From Botryllus schlosseri (taxonomy: Eukaryota), in NCBI GenBank assembly GCA_051294905.1, contig CM119373.1:2854001-2918000 (forward strand): DNA of 64,000 nucleotides. The letters run 5' to 3'. Below, piece by piece: positions 23,258 through 36,049 of this stretch (position 1 is the first letter of the stretch; each line of letters starts with the position of its first letter). The notes beneath the pieces are model-generated. The model had not been told where the DNA came from. It did not search any database and saw nothing but the letters and a program-made list of their open reading frames with translations. The translations under genes were made by a program, and so were the position numbers.

Positions 23258-25927
23258 CAGAGGTGGTCAAAGTAGTCAAGAAAGCTACTCAAGTAGAAGT
23301 AGAAGTAGCGACGAAAAAATCTACTCAAGTACGAGTAGAAGTACTTCTTCCATAAGCAACCTAAAACTACTTGAAGTAGAAGTAGAATTGACTGACTTTA
23401 AAAGTACTCAAGTAAGTAAGTAGTTTTGAAAACGATCCTAATTCGTTCACCTGGATTGTAAAAAGATACAAATTGAGCTATGCGACAGGTGACGAGCTTG
23501 ATTCATGTTGATGCATACCAGCAGGTATCCAATTTCCGATAGCATAAGCAATAAGTATTATTCCACATCATGTGATGAAAATTATAGTATTGATATGGAA
23601 ATGCGATGCTAATTCTCTGTTTTCTCGAACAGCACGTTTTAGAAAATAGCATGGTATGCAGCCATCCCCCATACTATAAGGACCGTAGTTTAGTCGAAGA
23701 GCAATACGGAGAAGTTGTATAGGATACGGTGTAATCACGTTGCGCGATTAGTAAACGTTAATAAAAAATATGGTGGATCGTAAAAATGCCATATTGTGTA
23801 GCTTTATTTTCAGAAATTAAAGACATTACCACACTTGCTTTTATACTTCAACATGTATGTTATTTAGACAAAAGAACTGATATTAATTATAACTCAAAGT
23901 ATATGATACTGGGAATTGAAAGTGAAATATATATACTACTTCTAAAAGCAGAACATGTATTTCATGTTTTTAGTCCAGAAAGTTTAAAAGGTGGTATGCT
24001 AAAACAGCTCTAAAACATAAAAAAGTCAGCTTAGGACACGCCATGGACATGCTAGATCAGTGGTTCTCAACCGCCGGTCCGCGGACCGGTGCCGGTCCGC
24101 GACGACATTCCTGCCGGTCCGCGAGGAATATTACAATTTTATACTTTAATTTCAAGATGCAATGTTGAAGGCTTGTCCTTTGATAAAATAAATAAAACAT
24201 CTAATTTTAAACTGATTCAAAACTTCGTGAGGTAACATTAGGGCTAGAAACATGTTCGATTTGACTTAAAGTACAAGATGTTTCATTTGACGACATGCGA
24301 GCGACAAATACAGAACAGATACGAGCTCCCTCATCGCTAAGCCGCGCAGTTTGATCATTGGTTTTGATTCATTTATTTTGTGCAGGACCGTAACTGGGGT
24401 ACCCCAAACCGCCCAATTGGAGAGGGGCCGAGCTTGAAAAGGGCCCAAAATTATTTCGCAAATGTACATAAATCATAGCGTTTTATTTGAAACTTTTCCC
24501 AACATTTTTCAATTTCTTTTCGGGCTTTGCACGATTTACTGTCCCTAAATGTCTTGCTTATTAGGTGCCCTTCTCCGAGAAATACGCATGATTTATAGGC
24601 ATTTCGGCGTCAGCCATTGCCGCACCACGACGTATCCACACATAATGAAGTTTCGGTAACATATGGGACTCCGAAATTTGGGCCTAAAATTCGACCGAGA
24701 GAAACGCGCTTCAGTCGTTAATGATTAAAAATTTTCGCCATTGTCGCGATAAGCTACGTAAACTCTCTGCTTACGCTGAGTAGAATGGATGTGATCACAA
24801 GTACAGGTGAAAACATCCATTCAAATGTAGGGTCTTGGGGCGAAGCCCCCGGAAGTTTGACTTATCGCCCTGTGGGGGCCCCACGACAAGCGTTTTTGGG
24901 TGTGGGCTGACGAAGTGCTTTTTCGGCCCGGATTTGCGGATGGCTGGTATAGCTGCTGTAATGTGTTTTCTTGCGGCACGCACTGTATTCGTAGTTGCCG
25001 GAGTAGCCTGCGTCTGGTGGCAGTGGGCAATGAGCAAGGTAGCACGACAAGGTGCTTGGTTCGACTCCGATACGCTTCTTCTCTTGATATTGTCAAAGAG
25101 AAGAATATTACGAAGTTGACGTGGCCGTTTAAACCCACGGCCTTTGGCGCGAAAGACAGTAAACGACTCTCGGCGATAGCACGTTTATCTGGACAAGGCA
25201 ATTTTACCTCGACTTGACAGACTCACTACCATAAAATCACATGAATGCCATCATGAATATTATTAAATACGACCAAAACCCTCCAAATGTCACTCTCTAG
25301 CATCATATAATTGCCAAAAACGGTTGCATACTTTACATTTTGGCTTCATTTCAATTTTGACAGTTCACCGGTCCGCCAGACATTTTTTGAAATTTTACCG
25401 GTCCGCGAGGCGAGAAAGGTTGAGAACCACTGTGCTAGATTACGATATGACAAGTAAATGATAGATTGCGAAACATCAGTTTCAAACATTATGATGAGCC
25501 ATATATACTGTGATGAATTATTTCATATGGGTGAAGGGCGACAATGTGGTGCGAACGGAACCACGCCCACCCTCTACCTAAATTATATTCACCGATACTT
25601 TCGTGAAATCACATCGGCCACTCCGTATCCACTGCGCGCGAAGCGCGACGAAAATTCTGGGTTTTACTACACTTTTATGAATATTAAATGTTGTTACTCC
25701 GTAAAAACAGCCCCGAAATTCCTCAGGCTATCTTCCTGATTGGTAGATTGAACTACTTCTACTTGACAAACTTAAAATAGCGAAAAGTAAGTAAGTAGAT
25801 CACAAAATATTACCAAGTAGAAGTAGAAGTAGCGAAAATCAGATCTACTTGAGTAAGTACCAGAAGTAGAGGAAAACTACTTGAGTACTTCGAAAAAGTA
25901 GAAGTACTTCGTTACTGACCACCTCTG
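23258..25927. mobile_element. hAT-type non-autonomous element carrying a nested element
   Basis: TIR cagaggtggtca...tgaccacctctg; perfect TSD gctggaaa; aagtag subterminal repeats. Confidence 0.92.
24058..25432. mobile_element. Nested Charlie-like hAT element
   Basis: TIR cagtggttctcaacc...ggttgagaaccactg; perfect TSD tgctagat. Confidence 0.92.
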
Positions 25928-26712
25928 GCTGGAAAATATTACTGTTTCTAGTCAACCCAGCAATAATAATTCACTTAAGATTTTGATACTACCCGTTTTC
26001 TCGTCCGTTGCTATATCTTTTGTAACTTGTAAAAAGTGTCCACTTTTCGGATCTCAACATATGTTAACTCTGCACTACACAACAGTCGAAATTCGATATG
26101 TGACTTCTAGGCCAGGGGTCGCCAACTCAAAATGGGTCGCGGGCCACTTTTAAAATTTCGTGAGTGCGTGTCTTGGCCCCCCACGGAACCCCTGAGAATG
26201 GTCAAGGAACCGCTAGTGTTCCGTGGAACACGGGTTAAGAATCATTGCTCTACAGTTTTCAAACTAGTTTTCTTTTGGTTGAATTAGACACAGCATGAAC
26301 ATTTGCGAATAATTATAATGGTTCAAGTATCTAAAGTATTTCCTGTGATATTCGCAACATTGATGCCCAGATAGGGTCGAAAACTCTTTCAATTAGTCAC
26401 GTCTGCTCCAAAAATGTGTGTGTTTGCTTTTCACCAACCGGTATTACCAAACTACTTGGATTAGCCTGAAACTATAATTCGTGTACAGGCGATATATATA
26501 AATAAGTATTTACAGACCTTCGAGAGCTCCGATAGCATTTTCATGGATCGAATATGCATATGATTTCGGGAAACTTACTGATGTATAAATCTTACACTTT
26601 AGTTGGGGCTGTAGAGGGCTTCATTATTAATTATGGCAATATCGCCATAATTTGACTCTGTCGCGGCCAAACGTTGAGTATAAACGAAAACTAGTCATAA
26701 CGAACAACTCAC

Positions 26713-26785
26713 CCGAAGAACGCGAAACTGTCGAAATCAACGCAGTCGCTTGCAAAATTATCGAGAGCAGTGGAAACGCAACCAT
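26713..26785 (-). CDS. Candidate signal-peptide first exon of locus A
   Basis: ATG...MVAFPLLSIILQATALISTVSRSS-G then GTGAGT donor in phase 1, compatible with every EGF exon; not in ORF track. Confidence 0.55.
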
Positions 26786-27552
26786 ACTGCCTGACTATAG
26801 TATTCAATATAAGTTTACCTTCATAAATCATTTCTGGCTCAATAACAACGTGGAACGAGGAAGTTGCGCTTTGGGCATAATTTTGGTACTACGTGAGAGA
26901 TGCCCTGGTATGAACTGAGTCAACTGACTAACATTTGTTCCCCGTGTTTTTTTAAGTTGACATCTGACGGCTGTGCAAGTGTGCATGTTGGGCTGTCAAT
27001 CATATACACATCGCATCATATACAACTACATTGGTTACATTTCATCGTCAGCGCTCAGAATTTGATACAATAGTCATCACTTCATGCTCTTGTGATATAA
27101 TTACTAATAACACTGATTTTTGTACATAAAAACTCGATTTTATTTGTTATGGGTAATGTTAAAAGGCCTTTGAAAGCACTTGCTTTCATATTAAAAAAGT
27201 TGAAGTCAGAGTCAGGAACATTATCACAAACTCCGACCCCGACTCCAGACAGTAATTTTTCACGACTCTGACTCCGTCACCAAGGAGGGCTGAAACAAAT
27301 TTGAGAGTCCGACTCCATTATGAAAAATATTACAGGAACTCCAACTCTGACTCGACAGACTCCGACTCCACAGCCCTGCTATGTACTACTGCAGCAGAAC
27401 ATCAACTGCTCACCAACAACAATGTAAAGAGAACAATGTAAGTAAACATGGTTGTCACACAAAACAAAAACATTGGAATGAATTTTAATTGAAAATCCGG
27501 TTGACTTCTTTGGTATAAGTCTGGTGTGTGTATTGACCTCCAGCGAACTCCC

Positions 27553-29700
27553 GGGGCTCGTATGAACCGCGGTTGCGAACCACTGATTCAGAAGTATGAT
27601 GAGCATTGATTGGAGTGGATTGTTTCCGGATTTAAATTGTCAGAATCACTCAATAAGCATTGTCGGTGTATCATGAACACTGGGAGTAAACATGACATTG
27701 CGTCTCCGTGGATGTTAGGGATGGTCGTTTCGACATCCTTTTATCTGTTCATTGCGTCACATTGTCAGTTGTGCATCGCGTAGTGCGAGTGAATGAAAAT
27801 AATAGCATCTATGGTAGGATATTTTTACTGAAATTGGCTGTTAAGAGAACAGTAGGCTACTGATTTACTGAAAATACTATACCGCTAATTCCAAGCGACT
27901 TCGTCCCGAAAAGCAAGAGAATGGACGATATCCAGTAGGCGAACATCACGGATGTCATTAATTTCCTGCAGAATAATCGACAAATAAATGTTGCATATAC
28001 TATACATGTAGGTTCAGTATATGTAAAATAATCGTAGTGTATATTCCTCGTGTGCGTAATTAATAAGGCTGGCAAAAGCGGCAGCCTCAGTGATTCTATT
28101 CTTAATCGTGTAATATGCGTCCAGTAGAGTCGAGTATTGTAGTATCGATTTTTATGACGTCATATCAGTATGGAGGATCGGGAAATATGTATCTTTTATG
28201 CGACGACAAAGAATGCAATGCCAGAGTGGCGCAGTTATGGTTGAGCACTAGCGTCACGACACCAATGGCATTGGTTTGAATCCCTGTTCAGACCAAGTTA
28301 TATGTGTCGGAGGTTTATCTGGACTCTTCGTCGCTAACCTCACTGCCATTGCGATGCTTCAAGATAGCCCAGAATGATGGTGGCCGTGCCAAAGAGTCGG
28401 CAGCAAAGAACAAGTTATACGGTTACATGAAAAGCGAGAGAGACTGCTGGGTGAATGGATGTGTGGCTGTAATTCGTTCGTTAAAGAGTATGCAAAGTCA
28501 AAAACACTACGGTGAACGTTACCTCCATGACCTGATGATAAACGCCACAATTGTTCAATAAAACAAGCAAACAAACAATGACAGTTCTACATAAATGAAA
28601 GATATTTGGTATTTTTCCGCACTTTGTGACAATGCTGTGGGATGATCACGACTCAGCAGACAGGCTCTGTACTACATGTTTCGTATGCTGAGGTTTCAAA
28701 GCTGCCACAGCAGGAAATGGTATCAAAATATAGTTTTTGTGGATGGATTGAATCTTAGATGCAAATAACGTATATTTCAGTACTCGAAAGAATCATACCT
28801 CACTACTCGACTCGAATCATTAGAATTAATACTTGGTTTATAGATTCAAAAACTCGAATCATCGTGTCCAACCTTATTCCCTATCATTCAGTTTTCATCA
28901 TGCAATACTGAAGCATGCTAAAAGTGTAGGTTATTTACCATTGGATCTTTGGCGAACTCCACTAAACATTTGTCAAAAATGAACCTTTCCCAATGGGGAA
29001 TTCGCAATATATTATGCTGCCAAAGTCGTATGTGAAGCATTGGTAGTTTTAAAAGTCATTAAATAGTAAAAGCCGTATATTTTGTTCTTGCCAACTGTAA
29101 TTTCTGGTCACTAAAATCGCTTTTCGGCTACAATTACATCCTGGTTCGGATACAAGGCATCGGATACAGATTATCGGCGACGTCAGCAATTTCACTATTC
29201 ATAGTTTACCTACAGCTGAAATAATATGAGTTAATGTCAACAATGTTGCAATATCGTTCCATGACTAATGTTGTAGCTGGTCTACATAACTGTATTACCA
29301 ACAGAGGTGGTGAAAGTGGTCATTGTTCGTACCGTAGCAGATGTAGAATTACCGCTGTAAATTCCTACCCGATTTCAAAGAGGGCGTTTTGTTGAGACGC
29401 CGGATACCTTTAGTGGTCAATTGAAGGCGCCACTCTCAGAATTGCAAAATGAATCGCCGCCGCTAACGCAAAAGTATATGACACCACAACCCTTATATAC
29501 GGGTGTGAATATACTACACACCCATAGCACACGAAGTCATAACCCACCTCCTACTTATACCGCGCAATAAATAGAGTAGACAACATTTTATTCCAAATTT
29601 AGCATGCATGTAGAAACGAAGGAAGGTATGCACGTAGCCGCGATATAATTCTAATTCAGATAACCTGTTGAGTAGAAGTGAAAGTAGTAAATAAACACAA
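27553..29700 (+). repeat. Duplicated block X, copy 2
   Basis: Aligns to 801-1680 and, over a longer span, to 61260-63720. Confidence 0.88.
28225..28575 (+). mobile_element. tRNA-derived SINE
   Basis: gtggcgcagttatgg (A-box), ggtttgaatcc (B-box), (aaac)n tail; TSD caatgccag/caatgacag; empty site in paralogous blocks (about 61895). Confidence 0.87.
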
Positions 29701-30081
29701 CCACTTGCGAAAGTATTGCGAGTAGGAAAAACCTTTAAGTACTCCCGAAAGTAGAACAAATATGCATAACACCATGTAGCAAAAAATTAGTTGAGCCATG
29801 TTTTCATATTTCCTATGCCATATTCCTCGATAAAACATGTTTCAGCCATTTTTGCCTCAAGTGTCGCTTCAAAATCTCATTTTCACTTTTAAACTTCCCG
29901 CACAACGTTTATTGAATTACATATTAACTGCGACTTCACATTGATACATCACTCAATTCATAGTAGCTGGTTGTTAGTAACAATCATCGTCTCAGTCTCA
30001 GGTAGTCAGCGTTGGCTACAACCAGCAATTTCAAATTCATTTTCGTTTCGTTCCGTTAATGCACTAATTGTGGATCTAGTG

Positions 30082-30720
30082 CAGTGGTTCTTAAAGTATG
30101 GGTCGCGACCCAAACATAGGTCGCGAAGGGTATAATTTTGGGTCGCGACGGTACCAGAAAGGTCCTTTAATATGTATGTAATATTATTTGAGGTCATTGC
30201 AACAACAAAAATATCTTCGCTTTTCGCGCGATTTACTGCAGTTGGTTTGAGCATATCGGAGGTCACTGAGTTTGGTACCACGGCCAATAAGCGAGACACG
30301 TGGAGAAGTCGCCACCACAACATGACTTGATCATGAAAATGTGCCGACCTTTGTATTAAACAAATTGCTTTGAATTCATGATAAGATTTTTTCAACATTG
30401 GTTTCTCTGGAAAACACCTCTGGAGACCTGGGACGCTTTAGTGTAGAGTTGTACAACGAGCGGTTGCCGGTTTATGAGGCCAAAACCCGTCCACGCTTGG
30501 ACACATGAATATATGACGTTGGGCCAACATACAGCTGGGCAAAGTGCGGTGCCAAAAAGTTCGGTGGCGATAATTGACCGTCGCTGGGTGGCCAAACCCT
30601 TCGTTATTGATATAATTGGTCGGCACCCAAATGCATTCATTTTGGTGTGTTTTGCTTGGGTCGCGAGATACAACTAAAAGTCAGATTTGGGTCGCGGTCT
30701 AAAAAGTATAAGAACCACTG
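30082..30720. mobile_element. Charlie-like hAT MITE
   Basis: TIR cagtggttctta...taagaaccactg; perfect TSD atctagtg; gggtcgcgaccc palindrome. Confidence 0.92.
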
Positions 30721-30756
30721 ATCTAGTGTGTATCATTAATGTAATCTACGGATTAC

Positions 30757-31290
30757 AAATGTAATCTGCGTGGTGGCTGTCTTTGGTATATCTGTGGTCT
30801 GTATATCAGTTTGATAATACAGATATAAGTAAGTTTTTTTTTACTCTTATTAACTTTACTTTTGCATGAAAATTGTAAAGAATTGTAAAGGTCATTTCGT
30901 ATAATCGGCGAAACATACCGATGAAATATGGTTGGATGTCGAAGGGGAGATCGGCATTTAATGTCATTTGCTATTAAAGAATCTGAAGGGAAATTCGAAA
31001 CCTTATAGATGACTATTATTTCGATATGGCTGACCGCATTCCAAGGTTCAGAATACCTAGTGACTAGACATTGCATATCCTTCGAAGCCATCTCCTCGTA
31101 TGAAGATGTTCCGTATTGCAGTAAGTTTTCATTGCCCAAATTATGAGGCAAGAAAGCTCCAGGAGACTCGACAGGGCTTAAAGATACAGAAAATGACTCC
31201 GATGACGAATTCAAGATCTCTCATATAGATATAAATTTAGAACCACACATTCTGAACCAACACGAAATTGATGATTTAGTTGGGACCCAC
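30757..31290 (+). pseudogene. Decayed Chapaev3-like DNA transposase 5' fragment
   Basis: Frameshifted + strand pieces KCNLRGGCLWYICGLYI, MSFAI, RI*REIRNLIDDYYFDMAD, IAYPS and EPHILNQHEIDDLV match, in order, the remembered Chapaev3 motifs FCYICG, W-REP-NH-DCYFC, YP and EPH-Q-EL-DLVRDL. Confidence 0.7.
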
Positions 31291-31302
31291 AAAATCAAAT
31301 GC

Positions 31303-32645
31303 GGTGTGCCAGAAATTTCGCAAATGAAGAAATAACGCGTCACGTCGGTATCACACAGATCGATGGAATGGTATATACTTTTTCCGTGAGAATATAGTAG
31401 CCGCAGTTTCAATGATGGCCGTTCGGCTATGCTGACGCTGTATCTTCGATCAGCTGATTGCTATTTGCTAGTTTCAATACACTTTCCATATCGAATTAAC
31501 CATGGCTGAAACTCCTGACAGAACTTGGACGCATTACGAAACCCGGAATTTAATTATCAGCAGCGTAAGCGAAATTAGTTTGGATGGTAGGAAAAGCAGC
31601 TGAGACTTCTTGGTGTTAAATTAACGATTTGCAGTTCTTATATCGAAGGACAGCTAAAAACAGATGCAGTTGCTTGCTAATATGTTATCCCAACAATCGC
31701 TTGTCCTGAATACCAGCAATATTTTATTTTAACGTTTTCAATTTAGACCTGCATGTTTCAGGTCAAAACGGGTTGTTTGATTGAATGGCCGCTACAAGTC
31801 GGCTCGGCTACTTCCTGTCGAGTCATTTAGTCTTAATCTGGTGATATGGTGAAATTATTTATGAGGAAGTAAGCCGAAAACGTCATCGCGAAATCTTCGC
31901 CCGCCTATTTCGGCCAAGTCACGGTCGGATTACGCCTGGTCATGGAAACACGGTCGACATGTAAAACGCATGCGTCATGGCCTTTGGGTCGTACATGTAC
32001 CGTTCTTGGAAACGAAGTAAATCAAGCGACCAAGTAGTTATACGGCAAATTCAAGCCGTTTCTTCGATTAATTCTTCTAAAAGTGAGCGGAACGAAACTG
32101 CTTTACTAAGCGGAATCGACTGCGTATGTAAGACGATGAAATCAAAATGACTGTCCACTTTTGTTTGATTACTTGCAGCACAATACTGTGTTGGTCACAT
32201 GCCTCGGCAAATCACTCATTTCGCATATATGGACGTCAACTTGCAGCTAACGATTGTAATCAATCATTACCTTCTCAAATTTCTGATTCTAACTTCCTGC
32301 AAACGCAGCGACGTCTTCTTTGCTTCTTTGTTCACTATACGTCGACGGTAGAATACAGCATATAGCTCGAATATTATCTGTTATGTTTTAGTAGGCAGGC
32401 CCTATCAGTATGTACGAGTATATGTTTTATTTCCGCGTTGGTATGACCATTCGTAGAGTGGAATATGGGTGCATTAAAAGTCATTCGCACATCAAAATCG
32501 TTGACGTAGTTATTATACGGAAATAGGGCATCAGGTGGTTTCATCTTTTGTGCTCCCAGCCGCGATGATTTCGAAGGAGTGTTCAGTTCAATGTGGATTC
32601 AGCAGTGTTTGTCGCCATAAAATCACCTTGCTATCGCATTCATAC
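31303..32645 (+). repeat. Duplicated block Y, copy 2
   Basis: Collinear with 2415-3760. Confidence 0.9.
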
Positions 32646-33239
32646 TCCTAGTCCAAATGTAGCCTTTCTAGTTTATTTCATGTTCAAATATAACAATGGA
32701 TGTAAAGATGTTCAAATAAATGCTCTGAAGCTTTGAAAATCTGCTTATGTATATCCAACTTAATTTTAATATCAGCTGAATGTATTGGGGTTCTCCGTCA
32801 AGGTGTGAGATATTGGTTTTATCGGTATCGACCCAAAAATCCAATATCGATCGGGCTCTATAGAGTATACCAAATATTATTTGCTGCTATTTTTGGGTGC
32901 GAATGTCCTGCAGCGATAAAGTGCCTTAAAATCTCATTGGAAGTCGGATATTTCCGTTGTATATGTCCCTGGCACTAACATAATAACAGAATGTGAAGTC
33001 AAATGGATGGATGAACTTTACCAGAACTACAAAAGTACATATATATGAAGATTAAATTTTTAGCAAAGAATACCTTTGAATTGTAAATTTTTATATATTT
33101 GGACCAGTGTCGAAAATTGAAGTTGGTTTGTGAGGGACATTTTTTTCGATTTGAACAAAATGATTAGAATTTTTTTAATTCATACCAAAATAATCATCAA
33201 AATGCTACAGGCGAATTTTTTTCTTCTAGTCATAACCCT

Positions 33240-33488
33240 ACTGCACACAGCTAAGAGAGATGGCTGTTTAAGGTTGTCTCTGAAACTGTATCTTACCATT
33301 GGTGTTTCAATTACGATTTGTGAGGGGAGTTTCTCAAAATGATAAAGTATTCACGTTCTACGATGAATGATGATTGGCTATCAGTTTCAAGGATTCTTTC
33401 TATAGAAAGAGACTACGTTCAAAGACATGATTTTGTAGATGTTATCGCCGATTTTGCTTCGGCGAAAGCTCGAAAGGTTCAATTTTGA
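33240..33488 (+). pseudogene. hAT transposase C-terminal dimerisation-domain relic
   Basis: LKLYLTIGVSITICEGSFSK...RSTMNDDWLSVSRILSIERDYVQRHDFVDVIADFASAKARKVQF*, frameshifted. Confidence 0.8.
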
Positions 33489-35414
33489 TCTTTTATTCAC
33501 CTAATACGTTTATTCTCCATTTATTGGCCCTTAATGCTGAAACAGCGAGGCTTCTTTCTCAAGCAATATAGAACTTCTGAGACGCGGCACATTATTTATA
33601 ATTGGAGCAGCATTTGCTTCAATGCCACTGACGGTATCCATGAGGGTTTTCGACTCCGATGGACACCAACACTAGACTGATATTCTTTCTCGTGATTTCG
33701 CAGCTTCCAACTGATAGCACGGCCCATTTATCGGCTTTCAAGACACCGCCTACGCGGATCAGAATGCAAGAAGTAGCCTAGATAAACCAGTAACACTTAG
33801 TAAGGGATTCTGGCATCGACCTCAGTCACCTGCTGGTGTTGCAGATGTGAATCATACCACTACGCTATCTCGCCACACATGTGAGTGCAGTGTGTTTATA
33901 TGGTCTATCAACTCTCAGTACAGACTCCAGAGTTAGGTTGTCCAGGGTGACAGAACTTGGCGCAAAAGAAAACAATTTGATGCCAATCCATCGCCGTTGT
34001 GACAAATATCAACAAGATGTAATTGATGGCCGTAAATTCAAATAAATTTCCCTTCTAAATTTCATTTATGTGCATTGTGCAATAACCCCTCTGCCGAGTA
34101 AGAAACAATAAGTGTATTTTAGGCCGACAGGAATAATTTTAGTGCTGGAAATCAAACATGGAAGCATTTTCCCAAAATGAACCTCGATTATCATCACCGG
34201 TGAATACAATCTTACTGAAGAGTCTAATCACCCAATGTTCATTCTGGCTACGCTTATGTCTGTGTAATGAATATTTATTGATTTTTCACTGTTCGTAAAG
34301 TGACGATTATCATGTTATGAACACGTCGAACTTCGATGTTAAGCATTTAAACATTTTCAGACGCTGCTGACGCTTGAATCTAATCTGCTCAATAGAGCTC
34401 TCTCGCGTGTCGAGCTGTCGAATTGCTTACATATGTTGTTACTTTCAATGAATGGATGAATGAATGAATATGGATATACCGTGTTATTTATAATCCAGCA
34501 GGAGTTCATCCATTGATATACTAAAACAAGGATGAAATATTATGGGATTAAACTTATTGTCGATGGTTGTACATTGAACAGTCTGGTAATTCGTCCCATG
34601 ATTAACATAACCGCATCTACGAAACTCTGCCGTGTTGTGGAAGCAGCAAATTGCACTATTTGGCAATTCGCAGCGTAGTATATGTGGTAAGGTAATGCTG
34701 TTTCCAACGGGGTGTAAAGTCTTGACCCGCGGTTCCTTCTCGTCGGAAATAGGAATATTCCGAAGGTTCGCACGGCGAGTTCACGTTTAGTAACTGGCTT
34801 TTTGGTAATGTTCCGGCTCGTATGACCGCGTGCACTTCCAGCATTGTCGCTATAGGCCCGCTACATCAGACGTCATAATGAGTGACACTCGAGTCTCGAC
34901 TCGACGCCCAATACTCGTCTCAGAATCTAATCACGCAGGTGGTCGATTTCGTCCAGCCCTAGTCGTTGGTACGTCGTCATTGTGACATATATACAGAAAC
35001 ATGGTACCCCATTTCATCTATCGCCCGTTGACTCCAACAAAACGCAAAATATCTATTTATGACCAATCGTGATGGGCTATGCGTGGGCTGGACACTAGGG
35101 TTATGACTTGAAAAAAAATTGCCTGTAGCACGACTTAATGAAGATTTTGGTATAAATTAATATAATAATTTTGCTCAAATCGAATAAAATGTCGCGTACA
35201 AACTAACTTCAATTTTCGACACTGGTCCAAATATAGAAAAAATTTACAATTCAAAGATATTCTTTGCTACAAATATATGTCCTTTTGCACTTCCGGTAAA
35301 GTTCATTCATCAATTTGACTTCCCTTTCTGTTATTATGTTAGTGCCAGGGACATCTACAACGGACATATCCGACTTCCAATGGGATTTTAAGGCACTTAT
35401 CACTGCAGGACATT

Positions 35415-35900
35415 CCAGCGCATTCTGATAAATCTGAGGACATGCCGGTTCATGCGTTCCAACATGTCCCCAGATTTATCAGACCACGTGTAGCCTATCA
35501 CGTTCGGTGAAAAGCTCACCCTTGACTCATCCGCTTGAACTGGATGTTGACCGATCAAAGGCCATTACTTCTGCCATCGGCAGACATCTGCTAGATAATC
35601 CGATTTGTGCGAATAATTATCGAGACAACAGATTTCGCGTCGTTGGGATGGGCCGGTCACACTTCCATTTGTGCGCCTTAGAATGGACTTTTATCAAAAT
35701 ACACCAACCAAAACTCTGTCAACAAAAGGAGTTCGTGTACCACCTGAAGATAGTACTTTGAACGCTCTCTCATTCGAGATTTCATGCTGGTGACGTCATA
35801 TTTCGTGATACGATGTTGATATACAATGTTCTTTCCAATTCTCTACTAGTTGGTGACCATTACCGCTGACGAGTGTTAGCCGAAAATATTCGGATTCATT
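35415..35900 (+). mobile_element. Penelope-like retroelement 3' fragment (GIY-YIG endonuclease C-terminus)
   Basis: SAIGRHLLDNPICANNY...FRVV...HLCALEWTFIKIHQPKLCQQKEFV; a short reverse-strand copy lies at about 44890-44980. Confidence 0.75.
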
Positions 35901-36049
35901 TCAATATGAATATACTATTCAATTGTATACTGAAGTTCTGTACCTCCAAGAAGCTCTTCGTATATATACCAATATTCAAATTCACAAATATATCAGGAAT
36001 AACTCAGTAGCGCATAGAACTACAATTGTGCTCGTTTACTACATGTTAA

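Noticed and set aside
24795..25217. Cluster of overlapping ORFs
   Set aside because: GC-richer interior of a nested non-autonomous transposon; no recognisable protein.
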